Positions 24,041 to 37,104 of a stretch of 64,000 bases of DNA are shown piece after piece. This stretch comes from Octopus vulgaris (taxonomy: Eukaryota): positions 49,538,001-49,602,000 of the forward strand of contig OX597818.1 of NCBI GenBank assembly GCA_951406725.2, written 5' to 3'. Each line of letters opens with the position of its first letter. Within the stretch, counting starts at the first letter, position 1. The notes under the pieces were generated by a model. The model was not told where the DNA came from. It saw only the letters and a program-made list of their open reading frames with translations, and searched no databases. A program made the position numbers and the translations under genes.

Positions 24041-27000
24041 ACCTCAGGCCAGCTAAAGCCTTGTGAGTGGATTTGGTAGATGGAAACTGAAAGGAGCCCG
24101 TTGTGTGTATGCGTGCATGTCTATACATATATAAATGTGTCTTTGTTCCACCTCACCCCCTTACCATTTGACAACCAGTACTGGTGTGTTTATGTTCACA
24201 AATGTTCAGCAAAAGAGGCCGAGAGAAATACCAGGCTTTAAGATATAAATACTGGGGTCGATACAGTTGACTGACCGCAAATGTATCTAAGGACTGAAAC
24301 AAGTAAAAGATAAAATATAATGCAGTTGCCATATTTCAGAGAAGTTATTACACCCACTGACCTAAATAAAGTATTGAACAGTCTATATTAAGTAGTATTG
24401 TGGGCAGTGAGGAAGCTAGGTGTGGTTAAAGGGTGTGATTTGTAAATTAGGTTATGTCTGAGTAAGCTAGAGTAAGATCAGGATAGGAAGTGAGGTCAGA
24501 GTACATGTTAGTATCCATCAGAGTCATGTCCTCAAAAGTATTCTCATTTCGCTTAAGGCAATCCCCCAAAAGTTACAAACTGATTGCTTGCTCATGAAGT
24601 GTTATGCTAATGACCTAGTTCTCTTAACAGGATTTATTGAACTGTACAAAATGTTTGAAAAATATTAAAAAAATTTTTTAACTCTCAAAATGTTAGCATG
24701 GCAAAGTCTAATTTACTGTTGAATAATAGGGCATACACTTTGCTCAGCATGCAAGAAGTAGGTAAGTACACAAAAGATGAGATATACTGCAGCCAGATAG
24801 GAAACTAGATGCACTAGAATCACAATACAAGGCAGCATAAATGGAAACGAAGGTTATGAAATTCCAAAATAGTCCCTCAAATCACACTTTATTGTCTTGA
24901 TAAAAGATACTGGCTGATCATATCTGTAAAGCTTTTGATCAGATTTGCTTAGTCAGGGGTTACCTGAAGCCAAACAACAATATCAACAAAAGTATGCAAT
25001 CCTTTCAAACAACTCCAGAAGAGTAAGAGTGCTGTACACTAGTCTTGAGAAAGACTTTGTTATTAAAACTGAAATTTCATGAAACCTTGACACAAAATCA
25101 AGACAGGGTCTTAACTAGGTACTTATTTCTTCTCCATTTTGGTGATCTTAATTTCATTCACACCATCATTATGGTGAGAAACTTAAAAGACAGCTAAAAG
25201 TCTTCAAATCAGAGCTTGTCCTGACTAACAGTACAGACTTTGTAATGTCATTGGGAGTGTAGGTACACCGAGAGAAACTGGTTAAGCCTACACAGTGGAT
25301 GCAGTGAATGTTGATACAAGTGCAAGACCTCTCTGTATGCAAAAATTAAGAGACGACATATGCGGAGTATATTACATAGAGAATAAAGTAGAGGCTCTGC
25401 AGCCGATGGAGTAAGGTTCACTGGAATGTGGCATATTGCGAAAACAGACAGAAGTTGAAAAAGTGATAGTGTATTTGCCAATAAGTTTACAAACAACAAC
25501 TACTTCAGTGTACATAAGGAAGGAAGAATAACTGTTTCTTAAGAATGTAAATGAATGGAGGGCAGATGACAGCCACAGGAGAAATAACTTTAAAACAACC
25601 AGGGAAAGCGATGAGGTGAAATCTGACAACAACAAACCTAGTGTTCACATGTTTTTACTCCAATCAACTACATACCAGCATAGAAAATCTGACAAAAGTG
25701 AGGTCACCAACTGGATCAGTATGAAAATGGATAATGCATGCTAAATGAAAAATTGGTGGGAAAACCAAGCTTCATAGAGATACTTAGGAAATAGTTAAAA
25801 CACCCTAAGAAGATTTGATCTCAGAGACAAGCTAAGCTCAAGATTTATAGAGAGATGCAGCATTAAAGGCCTAAGTTATGCCAACATCTTAATATAAGAG
25901 CAAAATAATATAATAGACACAGCATGCACAGAACTATATATATATATATTTGTAGAAACCTAATTTTCAAAGGCTAAATATAAAATGTGTATTACTCAAA
26001 AAGAATCATTCATGGAGTTGTTGATGAAGTCCTAAAAATAAACAGTTAAAAAATCATGGAAATAGTCCAAATAATACAACAGAAATATGCTACACTGATC
26101 ACTGCTGAGAGAAAAAAAGGGAACTCTGAATTAGGGATTCAGGTGAGTTATACTCTCAGCTGTATTTTAGCAACAAAATAAACTGCCCAAGAAAAGTACT
26201 TTGGCTGAAACACTTGAAATGCACAATTGGTGAAATATTGTGACTCTCACCCATTGCCTGTACAGCTATTATTACAGATTTATTCAATCATAAATAGAAA
26301 AGGTTTACTAAAAAAAGAGATTATTTAGTCTAATTTTCTTTTCCCATGTTTTTATTTCTCAAGGAGTTTCTAGTCTAAACAAGTCCAAAGAAAGGGCATC
26401 AGCCCAAGATGGAATCAGCTGTTGAGTTACAAACTTAGTTTTATGTACTACAGAAATGACATAATTTGGTCAAGAAAGAAATGAAAATCTATTCACACCC
26501 AATGGTTTTTAAAATTAAAGACCTCTCTATATTATTTTATGAAGTGAAATAAAATCTAATTATAAACATTTCTAGCATTTTAAATCTGATGTTTCTTATA
26601 TTTTTCTAATTTACATTGAATAAGATATTTGTTTGACATCAAGATATTGCATTTATAAAATCGTATATATTTATAATTATGAAAGCACACACACAAAAAT
26701 AGTTCTCTTCATAATTCGAATGGAATATTAATTTACAAACCGATTTCCAAGTAAAATATTTCACTTCTGTCAAATTATGGCTATATTATAGGATATAATA
26801 CCAATACCACGAATAACATTCCAGCATAAAAGCAAGAACGGGGTACTCTGCTCTGTAGACCAACATATGGCAATAATGGAACCCTAAGAACTAAGTCTTC
26901 AAAGAAACAGTTCTTTCATTTTAGTAATAACGTCAAAGTTTATAAATTCATTACACAATGTTTAAAAATAAACATTTCGAGTCAAAAGTAAGGCTTTTCA

Positions 27001-27859
27001 TTACATATTTTAAAGATATAATTATGAATACTTGGATTATTAAATTTCAAAACTGACATAAAAACTGATACAATTCCTTGTGTCATCGCCATAATACTAA
27101 ATGAGAAGCACTTTGGTTATTATAAATGAACCGTGACAAAAGATGTACTCTGTTGCACAATAAACTTATCAATGTTGTTAACTATGTCAACTTAAGAGAA
27201 AGGTGTCAACCAGATGAGTCATGTAAACTCTTGTTTTGTTAATTTATTATTTTTTTTTCCCTTCAGTACAGAAAATAATCGGTAAAAGGAAAATCTAAGT
27301 CCCTCGACTGTGAGACATAAACCAATTCAATTTCATGGTGTTTACCAAACAAGTCTTTGAAAGAACTCTACAATTAAATGTTTTAATTATCAAATTCCGT
27401 CGGTGAAAACCAAATGAAAAAAAAGTGGAACTGTGTGAAAATAATTCGTGACTTTTCGGTGATAGAAAGAAACTCCATTAAGCAAGTAACAGGATTTTTA
27501 ATGTAAGAGAATGCGGTCATATAGCTGGCGGCAACTAAAAATATAGCTACAGGAAAGCCGTTAAGAGAGAACACGCCCGAAGAATGAGAGGAGAAAAATA
27601 TTCTCAGACTATCACTTGTGGTGGCTACTGGGTACCAAAGTAGTGTGACATCATGAAGAGAAACTTTATACAAGAAATACCGGTCAGAGAGAAAGGAAAT
27701 TAATTTAGTTCGTTGATATAAAATGATAGATAGATTATACATATGTGTGTGCTAGCATTTTTGACATTTTTACCCCCCTCATTAAAAGGAAGTTTAAAGT
27801 ATACGCTCCACTGTGTGTGTGTGTGTGCGTATGTATATATATATATATATATATGTATA

Positions 27860-28030
27860 AAGCTAATGTCAAGGGGTCAGCAAAAGAAATGCACCACCGC
27901 ATACCGAAGTTCAGAAATAGCAGCCAAAATCTAAGCCATTCCTTCTACTTAAAAAAAGGGTCTACCAGAGAAACCATAATACTTGAATCTTATTCATCGT
28001 AATTAATTAGCTTTACCCTTAATTGCTATT
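27860..28030. mobile_element. Microsatellite-embedded repeat related to the 28361 palindrome arm
   Basis: Shares CACC.CA.ACCGAA.TT.AGAAATAGCAG.CAAA and TTCTACTTAAA with 28395-28456. Confidence 0.5.
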
Positions 28031-28035
28031 GATAA

Positions 28036-28223
28036 TATATATACATACATACACCCACACACATGCAATATATATATATATATACATACATACACCCACA
28101 CACATGCAATATATATATATATATATATACATACACCCACACACATGCAATATATATATATATATACATACACCCACACACATGCAATATATATATATAT
28201 ATATACATACACCCACACACATG

Positions 28224-28262
<39 letters not shown>
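28036..28262. repeat. Minisatellite, unit ACATACACCCACACACATGCAAT(AT)n, about 5 copies
   Basis: Read directly. Confidence 0.95.
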
Positions 28263-28265
<3 letters not shown>

Positions 28266-28360
28266 ATAATAATATAGGGTGAAATTAATTAATTTGGAAT
28301 AATCAATTTCACCAAGTAGATTTCGGCATGTAAAAGCCCCATTCAAGGAAGGTTTAAGTA

Positions 28361-28548
28361 ATACTAAGTAATTAAGGGTTTAGCAACGATTTGCCTCACC
28401 ACACACCGAATTTAGAAATAGCAGTCAAAGAGTTATGGCTATTCTTTCTACTTAAAAGTAGAAAGAATAGCCATAACTCTTTGACTGCTATTTCTAAATT
28501 CGGTGTGTGGTGAGGCAAATCGTTGCTAAACCCTTAATTACTTAGTAT
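28361..28548. repeat. Perfect palindrome with 93-bp arms and 2-nt spacer
   Basis: 28361-28453 is the reverse complement of 28456-28548. Confidence 0.95.
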
Positions 28549-29545
28549 GTATATATATATATATAGATACATATATATATACACCCACACACACATGCAA
28601 TATGTGTGTGTATCTGATTTAGCATTAGGCTTCTTTTTTTTTTCTCTCATGGAGTAAATTGGTGATAAATAAAAAAAATTTAGGAGCAACACGTTCAATA
28701 AGTGGTGAAGCCGGTCTGCTAAATTGCTGATGTAACAAATATCTCTATATCTCTCCCACATTTCTAAGTAATGTGGTGTTGGTCACTGTAATTATATACA
28801 TATTTTTTAATTAATAATAAAGATAATTATGAAGTATATAGATTAGAAATAAACTTAAGTTTGGAGTACTTGATGAAAGAGTCAACAGAAATATTGTAAA
28901 AGATATATATATGGATATGGATATATATGTATAACTATGAGACAGTACTTGTTTTAGAATGGGAGAAAACTAAAAGATATATAGAGATTACATAGTTTTT
29001 TGTTTTTAATTTCTATTTAGAAAAAATAGGAAGGTCTTCATAGGAAAGTTTGGTGTAAATTAGGTGTGAAATACAGTGAAAATATGTTGAAAATGTCTCT
29101 CTCTCTCTGTGAAAACCCGAACTGGGAGAGATTATTAATTGCAGCCTTTTTCACACATTACGATTAGAGATGCTTGCAAAGATATACATCTTAGCGAATA
29201 TTTTCCTCGTTGCCTATAACCAACATTTGTTGCAGACTTGCTTGGTGGAATTTTCTAAAGCAGGTCTTAAATATTTGGCGTGAAAAATCGTCGGTGATTC
29301 TTTGCTGGGAGTGAATTTCAAAGTGAAATAAAATACCTCATAGGAAGAAGAAAATGGCTGCAATTTAATTTAAGTTCTGGCGAGGACCAAAGTATTGCCG
29401 CAGTTTTCACAACTACCAACGGATAGGTTTAAATAAACACATATAAAATACTGTAAAGTATTTATTTGACCTATCTGCTAAAATATAATTTTCTTTAGTA
29501 ACATCACCGAATTAAAGAGAAGGGTTAAAATTACACGTGGATTGT

Positions 29546-30257
29546 CATCCACAATATACACAAATGGTTCAGGAAAAACCGCACAGGAATTCTCAGTTCG
29601 TTTAATTTATATATTCTAGGGAAGAAAATAGAGAATTTTTTTAAATAATTAATAACTGGAACCCGTACTTTATTGCTAGGTTTTTCTGATCTATTTAAAT
29701 GACATCCACAATATATACAAATGGTTCAGGAATATACGGTGAGCAAAAGGTTTGGCAAAAAACCTCACAGGAATTCTCAGTTCGCTTAATTTATTTATTC
29801 TAGGGAAGAAAATAGTGAATATTTTAAATAATTAACAACTGGAACCCGTACTTTATTGCTAGGTTTTTCTGATCTATTTAATTGCCATCCACAATATACA
29901 TAAATGGTTCAGGAATATATATTTCTTTATTGCCCACAAGGAGCTAAACACAGCAGAGGGGACGAACAAGGACAGACAAAGGGATTAAAGTCGATTACAT
30001 CGACCCCAGTGCGAAACTGGTACTTAATTTATCGACCCCCCCGAAAGGATGAAAGGCAAAGTCGACCTCGGCGGAATTTGAACTCAATATACGGTGAGCA
30101 AAAGGTTTGGCAAAAAACCTCACAGGAATTCTCAGTTCGTTTAATTTATTTATCCATTCTAAGGAAGAAAATAGAGGAATTTTTTAAATAATTAATAACT
30201 GGAACCCGTACTTTATTGCGGTATTGCTAGGTTTTTTTCTGATCTATTTAAATGTCA
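29546..30257. repeat. Three-unit tandem repeat (~160-185 bp), third unit interrupted by a family C SINE fragment (29919-30086, minus)
   Basis: CATCCACAATATA...TGGTTCAGGAA starts at 29546, 29703, 29886; GGAACCCGTACTTTATTGC in each unit. Confidence 0.9.
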
Positions 30258-30333
30258 TTCGTTTACTGAAGCGGTTCACTGAACTATGTACAAAGTGCTC
30301 AGATAAGCCTCCCCAAGATTTCTTCTATTAATG

Positions 30334-30645
30334 TTATATATATATATATAGATATATGTATGTATATATAAATGTGTGTGTATGTATATATATTGTGTGT
30401 GTATGTATATATATAGATATATGTATGTATATATATTGTGTGTGTATGTATATATAAATGTGTATGTATATATATTGTGTGTATGTATATATATTGTGTG
30501 TATGTATATATAAATGTGTGTGTATGTATGTATATTGTGTGTATGTATATATATTGTATGTATGTATATATATATTGTGTGTGTATGTATATATAAATGT
30601 ATGTATATATATTGTGTGTGTATGTATATATATTGTGTGTGTGTG
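30334..30645. repeat. Compound (TA)/(TG)/(TATG) micro/minisatellite
   Basis: Read directly; explains the YIYT-rich ORFs. Confidence 0.95.
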
Positions 30646-30778
30646 GATCTGTTGGTTGGGAGCGGAAATATCTGGCAGCGAAACAGATGAGAGGAGAAAT
30701 TCGATTCAATGTTACCATGCACGCGTAAAGTAAAGAAAAAAGAAGGAAAAACTAAGTAAATTATACGTTTTCACCTAC

Positions 30779-31320
30779 CTTGCTCTCTCGGTAACACCAA
30801 ATTTTCAAGTTATTTGCACTTATTTGTATTCCTTAATCGAGCTGTTTAAAGTAAAATCAGAGACGTAGCTTAAACTTAAAGCGAATCGAATTTCTGTAAT
30901 TAGTTTAAAGTAAAAAAAAAAGCTGCCTAATTCTCCACTTGAAAGCTCCGTTATCACCTCATAATTCAAAACCTATCCGCGTGATGACGACTATGACCTT
31001 CAGTGGAAACCTTGCGCCGAAAAATGGCGACAAAATATAGTCCGGACATACCAACGATGCATGCGTGAAAATACGAAAATCTATGAATATTTAATTATCG
31101 CATACGAGGAATTCGTGCTTTATTTTGATTTTGAGTGTATGTAGATGTTGTAATTAATGGAAAGTTTGCGATTTTTTTCTCCCCTTTTTTTTAGTTTACC
31201 TCCGGAAGTTCAGGCGGACTGATACAGTTTTTTACTTTGAAGTGACTCGAGCGGAGTAAGGTTTAGGCTGGAAAAGCTGAAGTTACTTACCAGCAGCAAG
31301 GAGGGCCTTGGTGAGATGTA
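30779..31320. promoter_or_regulatory. Putative (bidirectional) promoter region
   Basis: Unique CpG-retaining sequence; YY1 motif AAAATGGCG (31021-31029), ETS motif CCGGAAGT (31202-31209); minus-strand donor CAAG|GTAGGT at 30779 and plus-strand donor-like GTAAGG at 31256. Confidence 0.55.
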
Positions 31321-31429
31321 AAATATCTGACGGAAAGAAAATATTGGGGGAAGAGAAAGGGTTCGATATAAATTTAGAAGAAGACAAGAGTGTTGCAACT
31401 TAACCGATCTCTAAAAATAATTCATCAAA

Positions 31430-31580
31430 CACTTAGCGGTTCGGCAAAAAGAGACCGATAGAATAAGTACTGGGCTTACAAAAGAATAAGTCCCAGGGTC
31501 GATTTGCTCGAATAAAGGCGGTGCTCCAGCATGGCCGCAGTCTAATGACTGAAACAAGTAAAAGAGTAGTAAAGAGTAAA
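31430..31580 (+). mobile_element. Family A SINE 3' fragment
   Basis: CTTAGCGGTTCGGCAAAA...TGACTGAAACAAGTAAAAGAG. Confidence 0.85.
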
Positions 31581-31602
31581 CACATAGATATATAGAAATC
31601 GA

Positions 31603-31636
<34 letters not shown>

Positions 31637-31801
31637 TGAACATAATTACCAGTACAAACTTTAATGGAATAAATGTATATAATTAAGAAAAAAAAAAGGT
31701 ATTTCTGAACGTTTACGAAAAAATATTCGCTTGTGAATGATTATGAAATAAATCGAGTCTCCTGTGAATAAATAGGCGGCTTGCTGCTATATCGCCTGAT
31801 G

Positions 31802-31974
31802 CTGACGCGCCACTCATATTGTGTAACCGGTTGCATGCAAAGGCGTCGTCAGTGAGTCAAACTTAGTTTTTATGAACTCACCCAACAGGCAAAGCTATTC
31901 AAAGGAATTTATTTATTGTCGAGTGGTTTCTCTGAGCAGCACTTGTCAATATTCCACAGTATCGGCTATATAAA
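31802..31974 (+). promoter_or_regulatory. Putative regulatory module: Grainyhead-type, AP-1 and TATA motifs
   Basis: AACCGGTT (31825-31832), TGAGTCA (31853-31859), TATATAAA (31967-31974); donor-like CAAG|GTAAAT at 32156/32157. Confidence 0.35.
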
Positions 31975-32991
31975 CTCGTCTCCGACTGTAGCTAATTACT
32001 ATCTAATTTCCAGAAGAAAGTTTATTATACAAAGACGTCTGTTTTAATTGGAATTAATTAATGCTTTCATTATTATCATTACTGAAAGTAGTTGTTGATA
32101 TTTTTGTTTTTATTATGTAGGGTAGAAATATATTTTTCTCTTCTTTCGATCTCAAGGTAAATAAATAATCTACCGAAGCGTACAGAGATCTTTCTTCTAA
32201 TCGTAGTTAACTGAAACAAACAGTACTTCACAAGAATTTGGTTAGTATTAAACATTACACTAGTAAAGTCGACCGCTTTTGTAGGCAGAAACACCTTGCA
32301 TACCACTAATAGGGTGACGCCCTAATCCACACCATTGCTGTTTGTGTGGAGAGTTAGCGAATTAAGTTTTATTTTATTTTGATCGGTGCGAGATTACTTG
32401 CTCTTTCTATCATGTATTTAAAGATTATTTCTCAAAGATAATCTAATAGTTGTCCAATTTCAAGAACCACAATACGATAAAGATAGAGCCCAAGTTTAAG
32501 GGGTAGTTGCAGCAGATAACAAACACATCATTATCACCATCTCTCTCTCTCACACACACACAAACACATACACGGAACAGTGAGCAGTAGCAAGCCGACT
32601 AGAGAGAGAGAGGAGGCGGGGTATATATCTGACTGCCAGCAGACACATGTAATTAGAATATTTTAGCTCCAGAGTACTTGTATTTAAAATAATATAGATG
32701 TAGGTAATGGCAACAGAAAAGTACAAAATTATTACAGTATTTTGTTTCATCATTCCTTATTCCAAATTCAAAACCTGATAAAGATTCTACTTTCAAAATT
32801 GGTTTCGCACTTTAGTAAGAAGTCAAAAAGTGGAATGGGCGTTGGATATGGTGGACTGAGAGTTTTACAGAATACAAAGTTTCGTTTTACAATATGTATT
32901 TGTACATATAGATTAATGATATGTTTGTGTGTGTATTTGTCAAAAATTTGTTTACCTTAAGGAGATTCATTGGAGAGGAACAGCCAAACAA

Positions 32992-33191
32992 TACTCTTTT
33001 TTTACTCTTTTACTTGTTTCAGTCATTTGACTGCGGCCATGCTGGAGCACCGCCTTTAGTCGAGCAAATCGACCCTGGGACTTATTCTTTGTAAGCCCAG
33101 TACTTATTCTATCGGTCTCTTTTGCCGAACCGCTAAGTTACGGGGACGTAAACACACCAGCATCGGTTGTCAAGCAATGCTAGGGGGACAA

Positions 33192-33222
<31 letters not shown>

Positions 33223-33383
33223 ATCGACAGGCTTCTTTCAGTTTCCGTCTACCAAATCCACTCACAAGGCATTGATCGGCCCGGGGCTGTAGCAGAAGAC
33301 ATTTGCCCAAGATGCCACACAGTGGACTGAACCCGGAACCATGTGGTTGGTTAGCAAGCTACTTACCACACAGCCACTCCTAT
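32992..33383 (-). mobile_element. Family A SINE
   Basis: Near-consensus reverse-complement copy. Confidence 0.9.
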
Positions 33384-33632
33384 GGTGCTGCTTTTTTTAA
33401 TTTCAAAAAGGCATTTGACCCAATATCTGGGGCTTGATGATGAAAATATTTAAGACTTATGGTGTTTCTTCCAACCTTGTATGGAACATTTTGAGATATA
33501 GAAATCAAGGACATACATACAAGAACCAAAGTAGAGATGCTAGACAACAACAAGAAGTTTGACATCTTGGTGGGAAAGGAGTATTACAAGGAGACACTCT
33601 TTCCGCTTCTTCTTCATTGTAGTCCTGGATTG

Positions 33633-33938
33633 GCGGTGGAGGCACATGGCCTAGTGGTTAGAGTAGCGGACTCGCAGTCGAGGGATCGCAGGTTCGAATC
33701 TCAGATTGGGCGATATGTCTGTTTATGAGCGAAACGCTTAAGCTCCACGCGGCTCTGGCAGAAGGTAATGGCAAACCTCTGCTGACTCTTTCGCCACAAC
33801 TTTATCTCACTCTTGCATCTTGCATCTTGCAGGTCACCTGTGACAGACTGGCGTCCCGTCCAGGTGAGGAACATATACGCCAATGAAACCAGGAAACTGG
33901 CCCTTATGAGCCAGGGATGGCTCGAGAAGGAACAAACA
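33633..33938 (+). mobile_element. tRNA-derived SINE family B (V-domain-like)
   Basis: A/B boxes, GACTGGCGTCCCGTCCAGG V-like motif; 13-bp TSD TAGTCCTGGATTG (33620-33632, 33939-33951). Confidence 0.9.
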
Positions 33939-33972
33939 TAGTCCTGGATTGCACATTTAAACTGGCCATTAA

Positions 33973-34172
33973 CCCTTTCATTACTGTATTTATTTTCAGA
34001 TGCTCTGTGTTTCTTTCAATTATTTTGAATATAACAAAGAATTTAGTAAATTAACTTTAAGCTAGTGTTAGGAACATAAATTTTAACTAAGATTTGAATT
34101 CAAAACTTATGAAAACAAGACATTTATACTAAAGAGCCAGAACCGGTTTCAGGCGGGTTAGTAATGAAAGGG
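33973..34172. mobile_element. piggyBac-type MITE, intact
   Basis: Perfect 13-bp TIR CCCTTTCATTACT / AGTAATGAAAGGG with TTAA on both sides. Confidence 0.92.
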
Positions 34173-34492
34173 TTAATGAACAAGAACAGAAACTTGGCTT
34201 TGTTATCTATATCTGAAAGGCCTAGACAACTCTCTACTGTAGTGCCATTAAACCTGGACCACATACATGGCATCAGTCTGGGATCTGACCATGTAGAAGC
34301 ACAGGAGCCCTTGAACAGACTGTAGAGGGAATATTTCAATGCTGGTCATTGGCTAAACACCATGAAAACTGAGGCCCATATCTGCAATATTCTGCTGGAT
34401 CATGAATGGCCAGTCACTGCAAGAGACACTGAGAGTTTCCAACTGGTTAGACAAGGCATGGACATCAAAGAAAGGCAGTCCTATACCAACAT

Positions 34493-35190
34493 ATCTTTTA
34501 TCTTTTACTTGTTTCAGTCATTGGACTGTGACCATGTTAGGACACTACCTTTTAGGATTTAGTTGAACAAATTGATCGCAGTATTTTTAATTCTAGTATT
34601 TATTCCATCAGTCTCTTTTGTCAAACTACTAAGTTATGGGGACTTAAACAAGCCAACACTGGTTGTCAAGCAGTGGAGAGGGACAGAGATACACATACAT
34701 ACATGTGTTTGTGTGTGTGTATATATGTATGTATGTATTTTTTTTTTATTCATGTGCCCTTTTCAAGCCTAACCAGGCTCATGGGTCCGGTTTCCTGGTT
34801 TCTGTGGCGTATGTGTTCCCCCCCAGCTGGACGGGATGCCAGTCCATCGCACCGTTACCCAAGAAACAGGAAGAAAGAGTGAGAGAAAGTTAGGGTGAAA
34901 GAGTACAACAGGGATCACCACCACCCCCTGCCGGAGCCCTGTAGGCACCACTGAAGAATTCACCTAAGACAAATAATAATGGTTTCAGATCTTGGCACAA
35001 AGCCAGGAATTTTAGGGGAGGGAGTAAGTTGATTACACCAACCTGTGTTGAACTGGTACTTATTTTATCAACCCCAAAAGATGAAAGGCAAGGTCAGCCT
35101 TGACAGAATTCAAACTCAGAATGTAAAACTGGAAGAAGTACCACTAAACATTTTGTCCAGTGTGCTAATGATTCTGCTAGTTTGCTGCCT
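34493..35190. mobile_element. Cluster of SINE fragments (A minus, B minus, C-related minus)
   Basis: Family A tail 34493-34740, family B 3' part 34742-34940, family C-like 34980-35190. Confidence 0.7.
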
Positions 35191-35315
35191 TGAAACAACC
35201 TAAATACTTTTTTAATTATTCAAATATTATCAATCTTGTAATTAAGGTTGTGTGCTGGCAGGATCATTAACATACAACACAAAATACTTAGCAGCGATAC
35301 ATCCACCTTTACATT

Positions 35316-35735
35316 CATCATCATCATCATCATCGTTTAATGTCCGTTTTCCATGCTGGCATGGGTTGGACAGTTCAACCAGGATCTAGGAAGCCGGGAG
35401 GCTGCACCAGGCTCCAGTCTGATCTGGCAGTGTTTCTACAGTTGGATGCCCTTCCTAATGCCAACCACTCCATGAGTGTAGTGGATGCTTTTTATGTGCC
35501 ACCGGCACAGGTGCCAGGAGAGGCTGGCAACGGCCACAATTGGTTGATAGATTTTATGTGCCACCAGCACAGAAGCCAGTCAAGGTGGTGCTGGCATTGA
35601 CCACGTTCGGATGGTGCTTTTTATGTGCCACCGGCATGGGTATCACAACTACAATTTCCACTTGATTTTTATTTTAATGTTGATGTACTTAACTCAATAG
35701 GTTGCCCTACGATCCAAGGTAAGCACAGCAGGCCC
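35316..35735 (-). mobile_element. RTE LINE 3' end (family D)
   Basis: (ATC)n followed by reverse-complement family D motifs. Confidence 0.75.
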
Positions 35736-36486
35736 TGAGTTCAAATTTCACCAAAGTCAAATTTGCCTTCCATTATTTCAAGGTCAATGAAATAAGTATC
35801 AGTTGAGCTCTGGGAGTTGATGTAACCAACTACCCCCCTCCCCCAAAATGTCAGGCTCCATGTCTATAGAAGAAAGAATTATTAATCTTGAAATGGTAAA
35901 CTAGAATTTGAAGCTAGTGCTGTAGATAAGAGCCTTTTGATTAACAGTTAAGAATCATAAAATCTGTTTCATCGCAACAAATTTTTTTAACCATGGAGGG
36001 AAGAGAAGCAAAGTCAACCCGATGTGATTTGAACTCATAAATTAAAGGAAGTATCTAAATGCTTTGATGCACTTAGTTTGTGTTCTATCATGGCTTTTGC
36101 TTCATTATCTTCAAATGAATAAGTAATTATTCTTTATTGTGATTTCTGGCAAACCATTGCTGATAATGTTTAAAAAAACTCACTTAACCAGGTTGAAAAT
36201 ATCTTGCAGTAACAACCCTATAATTGTTCATTACAGGTGTACTTTCTGTATTGATGTTTAAGGCAGTAGTCCAATCAGTCGCTAGATTTAATATCATCAA
36301 CTGGCTCTTAGGTTTGTTTCTTTAGCAGAATCTACTCTGCTGCAAGTATTCAAACTAGATCCCTGATGTGAAGCTACCTACTCTCTTCACCCCATGAATC
36401 ATTGAGGTTCTGCAGAAATATGGGAGCTGTATAAACAAGTAGTTCATAAACAGAACAGTGCAACTCTTTGATGTAGCTACATATAA

Positions 36487-36990
36487 TGGTTTCAAAATTT
36501 GGCATAATGCCAGCAAGTTCAGGGGGTGGGGCAAGTTGATTACATCAACCCCAATACTCATCTAGTGCTTATTTTATTGACCCCAAAGGCAAAGTGGACC
36601 TTGGCAGAATTTGAACTCAGAACATAAAGACAGATGAAATGCAAATAAGCATTCTGTCGGCTTACTGCCTTAAATACTGCGGAAAATAATAAGATTCATC
36701 ATCGTCATTTAACATCCACTTTCTATGCTGGCATGGGTTGGATGATTCGACTGAGGGCTGGCATGGGTTGGATGGTTTGACTGAGGGCTGGCAAGCCAGA
36801 AGGCTGCACCAGACTCCAATTTTATCTGGCAAAGTTTTTACAGCTGGATGCCTTTCCAAATGCCAACCACTCCAAGAGTTTAGCAGGTGCTTTTTATGTG
36901 TCACTGGCAATGACCACACTTGAATGGTGCTTTTTATGTGCCACCAGCATGGGAGTCAATCAGGCAGCACTGGTGACGGCCACACTCAAA
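36487..36990 (-). mobile_element. Family C-like SINE followed by family D fragment
   Basis: GGCAGAATTTGAACTCAG (reverse B box) and TGGATGCCTTTCC motifs. Confidence 0.65.
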
Positions 36991-37104
36991 CAGTTCTATT
37001 TCAAAACTATGAAAATATGAGCTGAAATTTTAAATATACTTTTGGTAACTAGTCTTCATTTATTGAACAAAAGAAGTATTTAATTTTCTGTAAGTTTTAT
37101 GTAT

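Larger units (their letters stand above)
33384..34490 (+). pseudogene. Decayed LINE reverse-transcriptase fragment split by a SINE and a MITE
   Basis: NFKKAFD (~33397-33418) and GVLQGDTL.PLLFIVVLD (~33578-33630) RT motifs; RTE-like C-terminal remnant at 34190-34490. Confidence 0.65.

Noticed and set aside
27601-27662. Possible C/D-box snoRNA on the minus strand (ATGATGT...CTGA with a short terminal stem)
   Set aside because: C box mismatched, only ~60 nt, and no rRNA-complementary guide I can identify; snoscan or Infernal would be needed
27383-27742. 119-aa minus-strand ORF
   Set aside because: No recognisable domain; hydrophobic composition expected from T-rich DNA
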